NCBI GenBank assembly: GCA_963833575.1
Contig: CAWHXY010000008.1
Coordinates: 96,001-160,000, forward strand
Direction: 5' to 3'
Length of the DNA stretch: 64,000 nt
Source of the DNA: Candidatus Bathyarchaeota archaeon
GTDB taxonomy: Archaea; Thermoproteota; Bathyarchaeia; Bathyarchaeales; Bathycorpusculaceae
Shown here in pieces: positions 10,081 to 19,886 of this stretch. Below the pieces are notes generated by a model. It saw nothing but the letters and a program-made list of their open reading frames with translations, had not been told where the DNA came from and made no database searches. Both the position numbers and the translations under genes were made by a program. Numbering within the stretch: position 1 is the first letter of the stretch; each line of letters opens with the position of its first letter.

Positions 10081-10578
10081 ACGCGCACAAGTACTAGGAG
10101 AAATAGCGATCTCTCAAGAGCACTTTAGCCTTTATTATCAAATCAATTCCCCCTCCAATCTAAGTGCCCATCCTCAGCTCTGCTAAAACAACACGCTATT
10201 GCGCAACCGAGTTCCCAAGAAAAAAGTTACCAACGCGGCGTCCTTTCTAAAACACCGAATATTTCTGCACTTCGTATAGGGGTGGGATGAGTACACAACT
10301 ATAGCATATATACTATTTCAGCCGTCAGACCAATCCGACGATAGGACCTGAGCCGACATTACACATTCTAAATCTCTTACAGCAGATCAAAAGCCCTTGT
10401 CAAATTCATTTGTCACCGCGTTGGCTCGGATGTTAACCTTTGGGTAAGTATCGCAACCCCCAAGCAGACGCTCACCCTTCTCGATTCTCAATATTAGCTT
10501 TCGCACATCTCCCGCAAGTCTCACCAACGATTAAGGATAGCAAACTAAACAAGCGCTTGATAGCTAAACCAAATTTAC

Positions 10579-12243
10579 ATGGTTTATATTGACTCTTTAG
10601 GAATTAATGATGTGGTCGCTAAATTGAAGATATGGAAACGTGAAAAGAAGTCTGAGCAATCACTAGTACCAGCAGAGAATGCTTCAGTTATAGATGAAAC
10701 TATGCCTGGTCCAGCTGTAGAAGATCATGTAGATGCGGCTGGTGGTTCAGAGGTTCCTGAAACTTTCAAAGAGCATTATCCTCTTTTGCTTCCTTTTTCG
10801 TATGCGGCGATTGTTGAAGACGAAAAAAGTGAAGTAAAATATTCGCTTCTCGAGCCAACTTTAACAGAATTAGATAACCAGATGTTAACTGAGCTAAAGA
10901 ATATTCTTTGGGATGAACTTGCAATTAACACAAAAGGCTTCAAAACGGGAGAGGAAGCCGAAGAATTTTTAAAATATAAAATTTTAGAAACAGCGATAAA
11001 ATATCGCATTAACGTTGATGCTAACACACTGGGTAAATATCAATATTATATTAGCCGAGATTTTTTGGGTTTTGGAAAAATCGATGGCATCATGAGGGAT
11101 GATAACATTGAAGACGTTTCCTGTGACGGCACTAACTCACCTGTTTTCGTTTGGCACAGAAAATACGAATCTATACCGTCAAACGTTAAATTTGAAACTC
11201 ACCAAGAACTAGAAAACTTCGTGTTCAAATTGGCCTATCTTTGCGGAAGGCACATTTCTATTGCTCAACCAATCCTTGACGGAACACTATCGGATGGGAG
11301 CAGAGCCCAGGTAACTTACGGAACTGAAGTTACACCTAAAGGCAGCACCTTCACCATCAGAAAATTCAAAAAGACCCCTCTAACAATTACGGACTTAATA
11401 ATTTACAAGGCGCTATCACCTGAAATCGCCGCTTACTACTGGTTCTTAATAGAAAACAGGCATTCAGTCATGATCGGCGGAGACATTGGTGGAGGAAAAA
11501 CCTCAATGCTCAACGCGATCAGCCTTTTCATTAGGCCAACTCTAAAAATTGTAAGCATTGAAGACACTCAGGAAATCAGGTTACCTCATAAGAACTGGGA
11601 AATGATGGTTACAAGGCAAGGTCTTGGTACGGGCGCTGGAGCAGTTGGTGAAGCAGGAATCGGCAGCATCAGCATGTTCGATCTACTACGCGCTGCGTTG
11701 AGACAAAGACCTGACTTTATTATTGTTGGAGAAATCAGAGGCGAAGAAGCGTATGCTCTCTTCCAAGCTATGGCTACGGGGCACTTAGGCTTAACAACTA
11801 TTCACGCAGAACATGTTCAAGGCGTCTTGCACAGGTTAACAACAAAACCAATGAACATTCCACAAACCCAAGTGGAAAACCTGAACGCAATCTCAATAGT
11901 GCGACGTTTGGTTGTAAACAACGTTTCGTTAAGAAGAACTATAAGTGTTTCAGAAATGATCGGTTGGGATCGAGAGAAAAACGATTTCAAAGTTCAAGAC
12001 ATATTCAAATGGGACACGGAAAAAGACATTTATGTAAAAATGGGGAGAAGCCCATTGCTTGATAGAATCGCAGCGCAGTGGGGATACTCAGAAGATGAAA
12101 TTGATCAAGAACTGCTTATGCGGCAAACAATTCTCGAATACATGGTCAGAAAACACTTGCGCTCTTACGAAGATGTCTCCAAATTAGTCTTAGACTACTT
12201 CGCCGACCCACAACAAGTATATCGAAAAGCAAAAGTGAGCTAA
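10579..12243 (+). CDS. Type II/IV secretion system ATPase (archaeal pilus assembly ATPase, ArlI/PilB-like)
   Basis: Walker A GDIGGGKTS, Asp box SIEDTQEI, LRQRPDFIIVGEIRG, His box TGHLGLTTIHA. Confidence 0.95.
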   Translation: MVYIDSLGINDVVAKLKIWKREKKSEQSLVPAENASVIDETMPGPAVEDHVDAAGGSEVPETFKEHYPLLLPFSYAAIVEDEKSEVKYSLLEPTLTELDNQMLTELKNILWDELAINTKGFKTGEEAEEFLKYKILETAIKYRINVDANTLGKYQYYISRDFLGFGKIDGIMRDDNIEDVSCDGTNSPVFVWHRKYESIPSNVKFETHQELENFVFKLAYLCGRHISIAQPILDGTLSDGSRAQVTYGTEVTPKGSTFTIRKFKKTPLTITDLIIYKALSPEIAAYYWFLIENRHSVMIGGDIGGGKTSMLNAISLFIRPTLKIVSIEDTQEIRLPHKNWEMMVTRQGLGTGAGAVGEAGIGSISMFDLLRAALRQRPDFIIVGEIRGEEAYALFQAMATGHLGLTTIHAEHVQGVLHRLTTKPMNIPQTQVENLNAISIVRRLVVNNVSLRRTISVSEMIGWDREKNDFKVQDIFKWDTEKDIYVKMGRSPLLDRIAAQWGYSEDEIDQELLMRQTILEYMVRKHLRSYEDVSKLVLDYFADPQQVYRKAKVS

Positions 12244-12245
12244 CA

Positions 12246-13127
12246 ATGAAATTTGAACCCTGGTCAACTGCATATGACTTGCTTAACAAGAGATTAGAAA
12301 GGGTATACCCTCAATTTCAAGAGCTCCACGTTCAACTTAAACAAGGCGGCACGCTGATAGCATTCAAAGCCTACGTTGCTTTTATGATTTTGACCTCGAT
12401 AATTGCTTTTGCAGTATCAATCCCAACATCTTTTATTCTTATACCTCTTATAACAGGTATTCCATTTCTCTCAACGTTGAATTTGTTATTTACTTTAGTT
12501 GTAGCAGTCTCGGCATCAATGATAACACTGTTAATAATGTACATCTATCCTGGAATGAAAGCTAGCAATAGAAGCGGACCAATAGACAGGAACCTACCCT
12601 ACATAACAAACTTCTTAACTTTGCTTTCAAGCTCAAATGTTCCACCAAGCCTCATATTCGAATCGATGGCTAAGATTGATAGTCTCAAAGAAGTACGTTT
12701 AGAATTTAGCAACATTATACGTGACATAGAAGTCTTCGGCAGTGACCTCATGAGTTCAATAGTCGAAAACGCCAAATTAACACCGAATGATACACTCGGC
12801 GAAATTCTTGAAGGCTATGTCGCAACAGTAAGAACAGGCGGTAACCCAACTGAATACCTAAAAATCACAACTGAAGCAGTTACAAAGAATCGTATGGGCA
12901 AATTAGATATGATGCTAGAATCTCTTGCAGCTTCAGCTGAAATTTACATAATGATGTTAGTTGCGGCTCCATTGCTTTTCGTAGTTCTTTTTGTTACTTT
13001 AGGCATGATAGGCAGCGGTTCAATTGCAGGTATAAGCATGTCACTAATTCTTTACTTACTCACCTATGTTGGAATCCCAATAATGGGTGCAATAATGATG
13101 GTGATAATGTCAACATTCGAAAAGTGA
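12246..13127 (+). CDS. Type II secretion F-domain (TadC/ArlJ-like) pilus platform protein
   Basis: Multiple TM helices, IDRNLPY...LSSS T2SSF-like domain, operonic with the ATPase. Confidence 0.88.
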   Translation: MKFEPWSTAYDLLNKRLERVYPQFQELHVQLKQGGTLIAFKAYVAFMILTSIIAFAVSIPTSFILIPLITGIPFLSTLNLLFTLVVAVSASMITLLIMYIYPGMKASNRSGPIDRNLPYITNFLTLLSSSNVPPSLIFESMAKIDSLKEVRLEFSNIIRDIEVFGSDLMSSIVENAKLTPNDTLGEILEGYVATVRTGGNPTEYLKITTEAVTKNRMGKLDMMLESLAASAEIYIMMLVAAPLLFVVLFVTLGMIGSGSIAGISMSLILYLLTYVGIPIMGAIMMVIMSTFEK

Positions 13128-13134
13128 TAACTTA

Positions 13135-13962
13135 ATGAGAATGACTAAACAAGCGACAAAAAGAATATCTATTATTTCAGCAGCTGCAGCGATAGCTTTC
13201 TTCATAGTTGCACTGTATTTCTACCTTCTTTCCCCAACTTTGGATTATATGATGGTAATTGCTTTAACAATAGGTGTTGCGCCTCCAAGCATCGTAGGAA
13301 TCTTACACAACAGATGGAAACTCAAGATTGAAAAAGCAACCCCCGAATTCTTAAGAGATTTAGCCACTGCCTCAAGAACTGGGATACCCTTACAGGTAGC
13401 TTTGGAGCACGCTTCAAAAAGAATGTATGGTCCGCTTACACACGAACTAAAGATATTGGTTGCACATATGAGCTGGGGCATGAACTTTGATGAAGCCCTG
13501 ATAGAATTTAGCGATAGAATAGATTTGCCTCTAATCAAAAAAGCCGCCGTCCTTATTAACGAAGCTGGACGACATGGCGGAGATCTTTCAGACATCTTTG
13601 ATTCCACCGCAAAATACCTCGAAAACATTAATGCTTGGAGTCTAAAGAGAAGACAACAGACAATGCCATATGTTCTAATATTTTACTTCTCAGTCTTCAT
13701 GTTCTTGTTTATCATCATAATTATTTCAAATATGATGTTTGCTCCCCTGAGCCAATCGGCCGCGGGTGCGTCGTCTTTCATTAAGCCAATAATATCACAG
13801 GCGCAGTCAAAACGATTATTCCTACATGCCTCTTTAATAGAATCTCTGTTCGGAGGCTTAATTGCAGGAAAAATCAATGAAGATTCATTTGTTGATGGAT
13901 TAAAACACGTAACTGTTTTAGCTATTGCCTCAGGCGTAGCATTTTACCTGTTTCTCCATTAA
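13135..13962 (+). CDS. Type II secretion F-domain (TadB/TadC-like) pilus platform protein
   Basis: PEFLRDLATASRTGIPL...YGPLTHEL...WGMNFDEAL; C-terminal GLIAGKI. Confidence 0.9.
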   Translation: MRMTKQATKRISIISAAAAIAFFIVALYFYLLSPTLDYMMVIALTIGVAPPSIVGILHNRWKLKIEKATPEFLRDLATASRTGIPLQVALEHASKRMYGPLTHELKILVAHMSWGMNFDEALIEFSDRIDLPLIKKAAVLINEAGRHGGDLSDIFDSTAKYLENINAWSLKRRQQTMPYVLIFYFSVFMFLFIIIIISNMMFAPLSQSAAGASSFIKPIISQAQSKRLFLHASLIESLFGGLIAGKINEDSFVDGLKHVTVLAIASGVAFYLFLH

Positions 13963-14021
13963 ACAAAATGGCGCAAATTATTGAATGTGAATAATGTCCA
14001 AGAATAGGAGTCGAAGAACCA

Positions 14022-15206
14022 ATGAAAAAAACTCAAGAACAAAAAACAGATACCAAACCAGCAGAGCCGCTAAATAGCAGTTCAATTAAAAAAGACGCAT
14101 TTGCCGATGTGTCAGCAGAAGACAAAATCGAACTTGAGCGAAGAGAAGCATACATAGAACACAAAACGCGAAATCTCCTAAGACATCTGCTGCAAGGTGG
14201 AGACAAAGAGGAAATAATTCCTACTTACACTCCAGGCTCAGGATACATGTACAAAGTAACCAATAACGGTTCAAACGAGACAGATGAATTCTCAAAAGAT
14301 TGTCTAGAAGACCTGGATCGTCTTGATATACTTCACAAAAGTTTCTTCGATTCAATAAATATTTGCCCAAACTGCGAATCAACAGTCATGACTCTGCACA
14401 ATAGATGTCCAAAATGCAAAAGTCACAATGTTGAAAAAACTAGCCTAACAGAACATATTCCATGCGGATACATAGATCAGAAAGACAAGTACATACAAAA
14501 TAAATGTCCAAAGTGTGGCGAACTGCTTATCGAAGGTCAGTATAGAAATATGGGCCGTTGGTACATATGCCAAGAATGCAATGAAAAATTTGAAAATCCA
14601 GAATTTGACCTAGTTTGCCGTAACTGCAACAAAAACTTCTCAATTAAACAAGCACAAGTAACAGTAATACCCAAGTTCTCATTAAACGCGAACAGAAAGA
14701 AGGAAATACGCCAGAACGTTGCAAGCCTAGAAAGCATCAGAGCAATCTTAAGTGACTTAGATTTTACAGTCGACATTCCTGGATTTGCAATTGGACAAAA
14801 AAGTGGAATGCAACATCACTTTAGCTTATTGGCTAAAAAAACGATCAATGGAAAAGAAATCATTGTTGCTCTTGATCATGCAGTCAGCGAATCTGAAGTT
14901 CAAGCATCACCATTAATTCTGTATATTTACAAAACTTCAGAATTGAAAGTTGACATACCAATCTTTATTGCGATGCCAGCATTAAGTGAAACTGCAAAAA
15001 AGATAGCTCAAGGTCACGACATTCTTTTAATTGAGGGTTCAACCGAGGGTAAAGAAGAAATCGAGAAAATTAAGCTCGAGATTGAGAACAGAATAGAGCG
15101 CATGAATCAAAAAGGAACAAACAGCAACGATCCGCTAGATGATCCGCCAGAAAACAAACCTGAAACAAAATCTTTCTTTGGCAAGCTAATGGGAAAAAAG
15201 CGATGA
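14022..15206 (+). CDS. TackOD1-like (thaumarchaeal output domain 1) multi-Zn-ribbon protein with C-terminal restriction-endonuclease-like domain
   Basis: CPNC, CPKC, EHIPCGY, CPKC, CQEC, CRNC; C-terminal GQKSGMQHHFSLLA segment. Confidence 0.7.
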   Translation: MKKTQEQKTDTKPAEPLNSSSIKKDAFADVSAEDKIELERREAYIEHKTRNLLRHLLQGGDKEEIIPTYTPGSGYMYKVTNNGSNETDEFSKDCLEDLDRLDILHKSFFDSINICPNCESTVMTLHNRCPKCKSHNVEKTSLTEHIPCGYIDQKDKYIQNKCPKCGELLIEGQYRNMGRWYICQECNEKFENPEFDLVCRNCNKNFSIKQAQVTVIPKFSLNANRKKEIRQNVASLESIRAILSDLDFTVDIPGFAIGQKSGMQHHFSLLAKKTINGKEIIVALDHAVSESEVQASPLILYIYKTSELKVDIPIFIAMPALSETAKKIAQGHDILLIEGSTEGKEEIEKIKLEIENRIERMNQKGTNSNDPLDDPPENKPETKSFFGKLMGKKR

Positions 15207-15251
15207 CCAAAAAACACCCAAACGTTAACCATAAATCAAGGAAGAAATCAA

Positions 15252-15701
15252 ATGTCAAAATTAACGACCTTCGAGCAAAATGCCAACGAAAAAAATGAGG
15301 TAGTTACAATGGGCATATTAATTGATGGTAAGAATTCGCTAGAAGAAAAGTTTGACACACTCTTAGTTGAAGCCATTGACGAAGCTATAACATCTTTGGG
15401 TGAACCTGTTAAGAACACATTGTATTTTCATTTGGATAATGATTTTAAGATTACAAAAGAAACTATTGCTGGGCATATTGATGAATTTTCAGGGGTAATT
15501 CATAAGATCTTTGGGCTTGGCGCAAGTCGACTTGAAGTTAAATCTTTAAAGAATCTTTATTCAAAAATTCAACCGAATAGTCAATTACCTGAATTTGTTT
15601 GTTCATTATCAAAATGGATCGAAATGGAAATATCATTTAATGAATATGTAAATAATATTCGAAAGAATTTTTTGACATTAAATAATGAGGCCGTTAGCTG
15701 A
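15252..15701 (+). CDS. Small helical archaeal signalling-associated protein (DUF3227/NitrOD5-like)
   Basis: LLVEAIDEAITSLGEPVKNTLYFHL...IDEFS..IHKIFGLGASRLE; paralog of 18993-19562. Confidence 0.7.
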   Translation: MSKLTTFEQNANEKNEVVTMGILIDGKNSLEEKFDTLLVEAIDEAITSLGEPVKNTLYFHLDNDFKITKETIAGHIDEFSGVIHKIFGLGASRLEVKSLKNLYSKIQPNSQLPEFVCSLSKWIEMEISFNEYVNNIRKNFLTLNNEAVS

Positions 15702-15865
15702 GAATTTGCATAATTAGCGAATTACTCTTTTTGACTCCAGCCAATTGTTTGTCAATTTTTGATCCGCGTAGTTTTCTTCTGCTTAAGTCTCTTAAGTCGC
15801 TATGATAAAATTCGATAAATTTTCTTGTAGAATTAATATAAGAAAAAAATAGAAAAAACTATTTT

Positions 15866-16324
15866 TTAAAGGTTTAATTCATCTACTGAAATTTCTTTTA
15901 CGCGCGTTTCAATGAATTCTACTACTTTCATTTCACTAAAGTTCTTTTCTTCTTCTTGTAGTCGCAACTGATCTTTTACTGTACTCAGTAGTTTTTCAAC
16001 ATCAACGGGCTTAATTAGGTATGCGTCTGCGTTTTTGTTTAAGGCTGTAATTGCATTTTGCATTGAAGGGTAACCTGTCACCATTATTTTTCTGGTCCTT
16101 GGAACATTATCTTTCATTAGTTTTAGCAGTTCTACGCCTTCCATGTCTGGCAATCTAATGTCCAAAAGGGCAATGTTGTAGGCTGTTTTCTCTGTCATTT
16201 TGATAGCTTCATATCCAGTAGACGCTACATCTACATTGTATCCTTCGTCCTCAAGTATTATTTTCACTGTATTCCTTATGCTTTCGTCATCGTCCACAAT
16301 TAAAATCCTGGCACATTTATCCAA
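15866..16324 (-). CDS. Response regulator, receiver domain with short C-terminal helix
   Basis: ILIVDDD, LLDIRLPDMEG, VTGY, YLIKP. Confidence 0.95.
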   Translation of the reverse strand: MDKCARILIVDDDESIRNTVKIILEDEGYNVDVASTGYEAIKMTEKTAYNIALLDIRLPDMEGVELLKLMKDNVPRTRKIMVTGYPSMQNAITALNKNADAYLIKPVDVEKLLSTVKDQLRLQEEEKNFSEMKVVEFIETRVKEISVDELNL

Positions 16325-18632
16325 AATTCTTCACCTCCATTTCTTTTTGTAAAATTGGTAGAGTAACGGTGAATGTTGTCCCTGCATCTTTACATGTTTG
16401 AACGGTTATTGTTCCTTCATGCGCTTCGACGATACGTTTGCAAATTGCTAATCCGAAACCCATTCCTTGAGCTTTTGTAGTAAATAATGGTGAGAAAAGT
16501 TTGGGCAAAACTTCATCAGAGATTCCCATTCCCGTGTCAGCAAAAGAGATTTCCAGACGGTCAGCTACTTGTTTACTGGCAACTGATAATGTGCCCCCGT
16601 TAGGCATCGCATCGATGGCATTTTTAATGAGATTAATAAAAACGCGTTTTATTCTATCTTCGTCGACGTTTATCTCGGCGCTCGCCAGATTATTTGCAAT
16701 TTTTACTTTTTCTGGAACTCGAACCATTGCTAGGGCTTCAGATAGTAATTCTCCAAGTGGAATGTCTTTCCGGTCTAAACGAATTTCTCTTGAATAATCT
16801 AGAAGGTCATTAATTATTTTGTTTGAATGCTCTACACACTTGTTTATGGTTTCAATCATTTCTTTGGCTTGATTTTCTGGAATATCTGCGCCCTTCTTTT
16901 TTAGGTAATATGCTGAGTTTTTAATGCCAGCTAGAGGGTTACGTAAATCGTGTCCAATCATGCCAGCCAATTCGCCGATTGCAGCTAACCTCTCAGACTT
17001 AATTATTTGAGCGTGCGCCTCTTCAAGCTGCTTTGTTTTTTGCAAAACCAAATCTTCGAGATCCTTAGAGTACTTCTCTAATTTGTCCTCCATCTCTTTT
17101 CTTTGAGTGATGTCATTCAAAAGTGCAAGAGTTCCCAAGTTTTTTCCTTGATCATCAGGAATTTGAGAGACTGCAATACTGGCGTAAATGTGAGATCCAT
17201 CTTTCCGGATAAAATCAGACTCAAATTTTCCACTAATTCCATTAGCATAATTATCTAAGTATTCTTTTGCGGAGGTCACTTTGCTTACGTCAATAAACTC
17301 CAAGGCACTCTTACCCACCATCTCACTTTGAGCGTATCCTAACATATCGGCCATTCGAGGATTTACGAACCTTGTAACATAATTTCTGTCAAATGCCCAC
17401 ACGCCTTCTTCTGCAAGCTCAACTAGTTGACGATATTGTGCCTCACTATCTTTCAAAGTATTTTCAACTTTTCTAATTTCTGTAATATCGCGGAAAATAC
17501 AGTGTAGGAACGTTTTTCCACCAAATTTTATGACTTTGGTGTTAACCAAAACATTCTTGATTGACCCATCTTTGGATCGTTGAAGAGTTTCAAATTCTCC
17601 TCCCCCTATTCTTGACACTTCAACCAAATGCCGCGTAAATTCATTTTTGGATTCCTTAGCTTCAATATCTGGAATTGTGAGATTTCCAAACTCTTCTCTT
17701 GAATACCCCAGTTGCTGATGAGCAAAATCGTTAAATTCAATTAATTCAGCGGTTTTCGGATCAACAATCAGCACACCTATTGGAGCTTGATCAAACAAAG
17801 CGTGGTAACGCTGTTCCGCATCTCTTAACATTTCCTCAGCTTCTTTTCTTGAGGTGATGTCTTTTACTACTCCAACAGCGTTCCATTTTCCACCTATTTT
17901 AATTGGTGAAAGTGATAACTCAGCTGGAAACTCGCTGCCGTCTTTGCGACTTGCGATTAATTGTACGTTTCCTATTGTGAAATAGCCTGTGCCAGTTTCA
18001 GTAAAGATTTCTACGCTTGTCTTAATACGTTCAATTGCTTCTTTGCACATGGTTTTAGGAACTATCAGTTCATGCACCTTCTTGCCAATAGCCTCAGATG
18101 ATGAATACCCAAATGTTTTTTCAGCGCCTGGGTTCCAATAAGTAATTTTGGTTTCTTCATCCACTAAAATCATAGGATCCTTAATTGAATTTGTAATGGC
18201 GTAAAATTTTTCTACGTTTTCCCGCGAATCCTCTTTAAGTCGTTTTTGAACGTTTTTTCCTTCAGTAATATCGTGAAAAATAGCCATGTCTAATGTTTGT
18301 CCACTGTATCTAATTCGATTTCCTTTAACTTCTAAATATCTACTTTGTCCATTCTTGTCATATATTTTAATCTCGTAAGGAGTAATAACTGAGCCAGCAA
18401 ACCTTTTTTCGGTATTTTTTGATAACAACGATTTGAATTCTTCACTTACAAAATCCAATTCTGTAATACCCTTTGATAGTAACTGCTCCTTAGTGTAACC
18501 TGTGTATTTTCCTATTGCGTCATTTGCAGACACTATTGTGCCTTTAGAATCAACGACCAAGGCGGGGTCAGGAATTAGATCTATTAGAGTTGACAAAGAA
18601 TCATTTTTTCTACGATTTTTGTTCTCTTGCAT
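16317..18632 (-). CDS. Cytoplasmic PAS-domain (x4) sensor histidine kinase
   Basis: Four PAS/PAC repeats, H-box GHDLRNPL, N-box NLIKNAIDAM, DTGMGI, FTTKAQGMGFGL. Confidence 0.95.
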   Translation of the reverse strand: MQENKNRRKNDSLSTLIDLIPDPALVVDSKGTIVSANDAIGKYTGYTKEQLLSKGITELDFVSEEFKSLLSKNTEKRFAGSVITPYEIKIYDKNGQSRYLEVKGNRIRYSGQTLDMAIFHDITEGKNVQKRLKEDSRENVEKFYAITNSIKDPMILVDEETKITYWNPGAEKTFGYSSSEAIGKKVHELIVPKTMCKEAIERIKTSVEIFTETGTGYFTIGNVQLIASRKDGSEFPAELSLSPIKIGGKWNAVGVVKDITSRKEAEEMLRDAEQRYHALFDQAPIGVLIVDPKTAELIEFNDFAHQQLGYSREEFGNLTIPDIEAKESKNEFTRHLVEVSRIGGGEFETLQRSKDGSIKNVLVNTKVIKFGGKTFLHCIFRDITEIRKVENTLKDSEAQYRQLVELAEEGVWAFDRNYVTRFVNPRMADMLGYAQSEMVGKSALEFIDVSKVTSAKEYLDNYANGISGKFESDFIRKDGSHIYASIAVSQIPDDQGKNLGTLALLNDITQRKEMEDKLEKYSKDLEDLVLQKTKQLEEAHAQIIKSERLAAIGELAGMIGHDLRNPLAGIKNSAYYLKKKGADIPENQAKEMIETINKCVEHSNKIINDLLDYSREIRLDRKDIPLGELLSEALAMVRVPEKVKIANNLASAEINVDEDRIKRVFINLIKNAIDAMPNGGTLSVASKQVADRLEISFADTGMGISDEVLPKLFSPLFTTKAQGMGFGLAICKRIVEAHEGTITVQTCKDAGTTFTVTLPILQKEMEVKNFG

Positions 18633-18643
18633 CTACTCTTCCT

Positions 18644-18790
18644 CTAATTCCATGATTTCGTACTATCCTTAATGTCAAGCTTCAACGCTTTTTTTCTGCA
18701 TGTTTTGAAATAGGATGATGGGTCGTTTAGAGCGTGGACTGAAACCTTGTCATGAATCTCTGAAATGTTCGTGTTTGTAGAAGTACTCAT
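18644..18790 (-). CDS. Possible 48-aa ORF upstream of the histidine kinase
   Basis: MSTSTNTNISEIHDKVSVHALNDPSSYFKTCRKKALKLDIKDSTKSWN; its stop abuts the kinase's SD-like GAGGAAGAG. Confidence 0.3.
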   Translation of the reverse strand: MSTSTNTNISEIHDKVSVHALNDPSSYFKTCRKKALKLDIKDSTKSWN

Positions 18791-18992
18791 TCTGTCACGT
18801 GAATTATGATAATTCATGATTGTTTGCTACCACTCTCTGAACTGATTTGAATTCAAGTTAGCGGAAACAAAATAAAGGTTTACGGATTTTAGATACATAG
18901 GGTAAATTCACGGTTCACTGCATAAGTTTCTTTACGTAACTCTTCTGAGCAAAAGTAATCTTAATTCAACAACCGTTTTTTTGCCCAAGGCA

Positions 18993-19562
18993 TTATTTTG
19001 TGCCTTGCCTTTTTTCAAGATAACTTTTGCGTGCGGCATAGACATAGTCGCAAAATGACATATCCGTCATTACCCATTTTGATAGGGGCCACTCATATTC
19101 TGGCAATTCGATATTGGTGCTTATTTTTGTATGAAGATTTTTCATGAGATTAATTTCAAAGCGGCTTGCTCCAAAACCAAAAATCTTGTGTATTATGTCT
19201 GAAAATTCATCGATTTGTTTAGGAATTTCCTTTTTTGGAATGTTAAAGCTGTTTTCTAATTGGAAGTATACTGTATTTTTTACTGGTTCTCCCAATAATG
19301 ATAATGTTTCGTCAACTGCCTCACTTAAGAGTTCATCAAACTTTGTTCGTGCCGTATTGCTAATTTGAGCGCATGTTTTGCTATCGACATTATTCGTTTT
19401 TTCAGTTTTCTCGGAGTCAAACAATCCTAAATCTAACAAATCCGATTCATCAATGGAGAGTGAGCTTGTTTCTAACGAACAATTAATGCTTTTTGAATTT
19501 GAAAAATCATTTTGGGTTTGACCCTGATTTTCGTTTTTTCCATACACTGTTAGTTTCGGCAT
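18993..19562 (-). CDS. DUF3227/NitrOD5-like helical protein with acidic N-terminal extension
   Basis: FDELLSEAVDETLSLLGEPVKNTVYFQL...IDEFSDIIHKIFGFGASRFE; close paralog of 15252-15701. Confidence 0.7.
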   Translation of the reverse strand: MPKLTVYGKNENQGQTQNDFSNSKSINCSLETSSLSIDESDLLDLGLFDSEKTEKTNNVDSKTCAQISNTARTKFDELLSEAVDETLSLLGEPVKNTVYFQLENSFNIPKKEIPKQIDEFSDIIHKIFGFGASRFEINLMKNLHTKISTNIELPEYEWPLSKWVMTDMSFCDYVYAARKSYLEKRQGTK

Positions 19563-19886
19563 ACTCTCTTCCCTTAATTTACCTTGATCTCTTTTTTCTA
19601 AGCGCTTGAGTTGTTATGCTTACTATTGTGGTAGATAGAAAATACTTGTGTCTTATATATAAAGATTTAAGATACATATTTTAGATGAAGATTAGCCATA
19701 CACGTCGACAAAATTTGTTTTTTAGAATTTTTTTACTGTCTCCCAGAATGCCTTTAATGATGTATGGTTAACCGACGTATGAGTCCCAAATAGCCCTTTT
19801 AGAATTAACAAAACAAATCAAAACCCCCTAATCAATACCATGCATCTTAATAACTCGAAAACAAACAAAATGACGAGGTACAAGCC

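Noticed and set aside
3791-13962. Archaellum operon
   Set aside because: No ArlH (KaiC-like) or ArlF/G genes; two split TadB/C-type proteins and pilin-like globular domains indicate a pilus.
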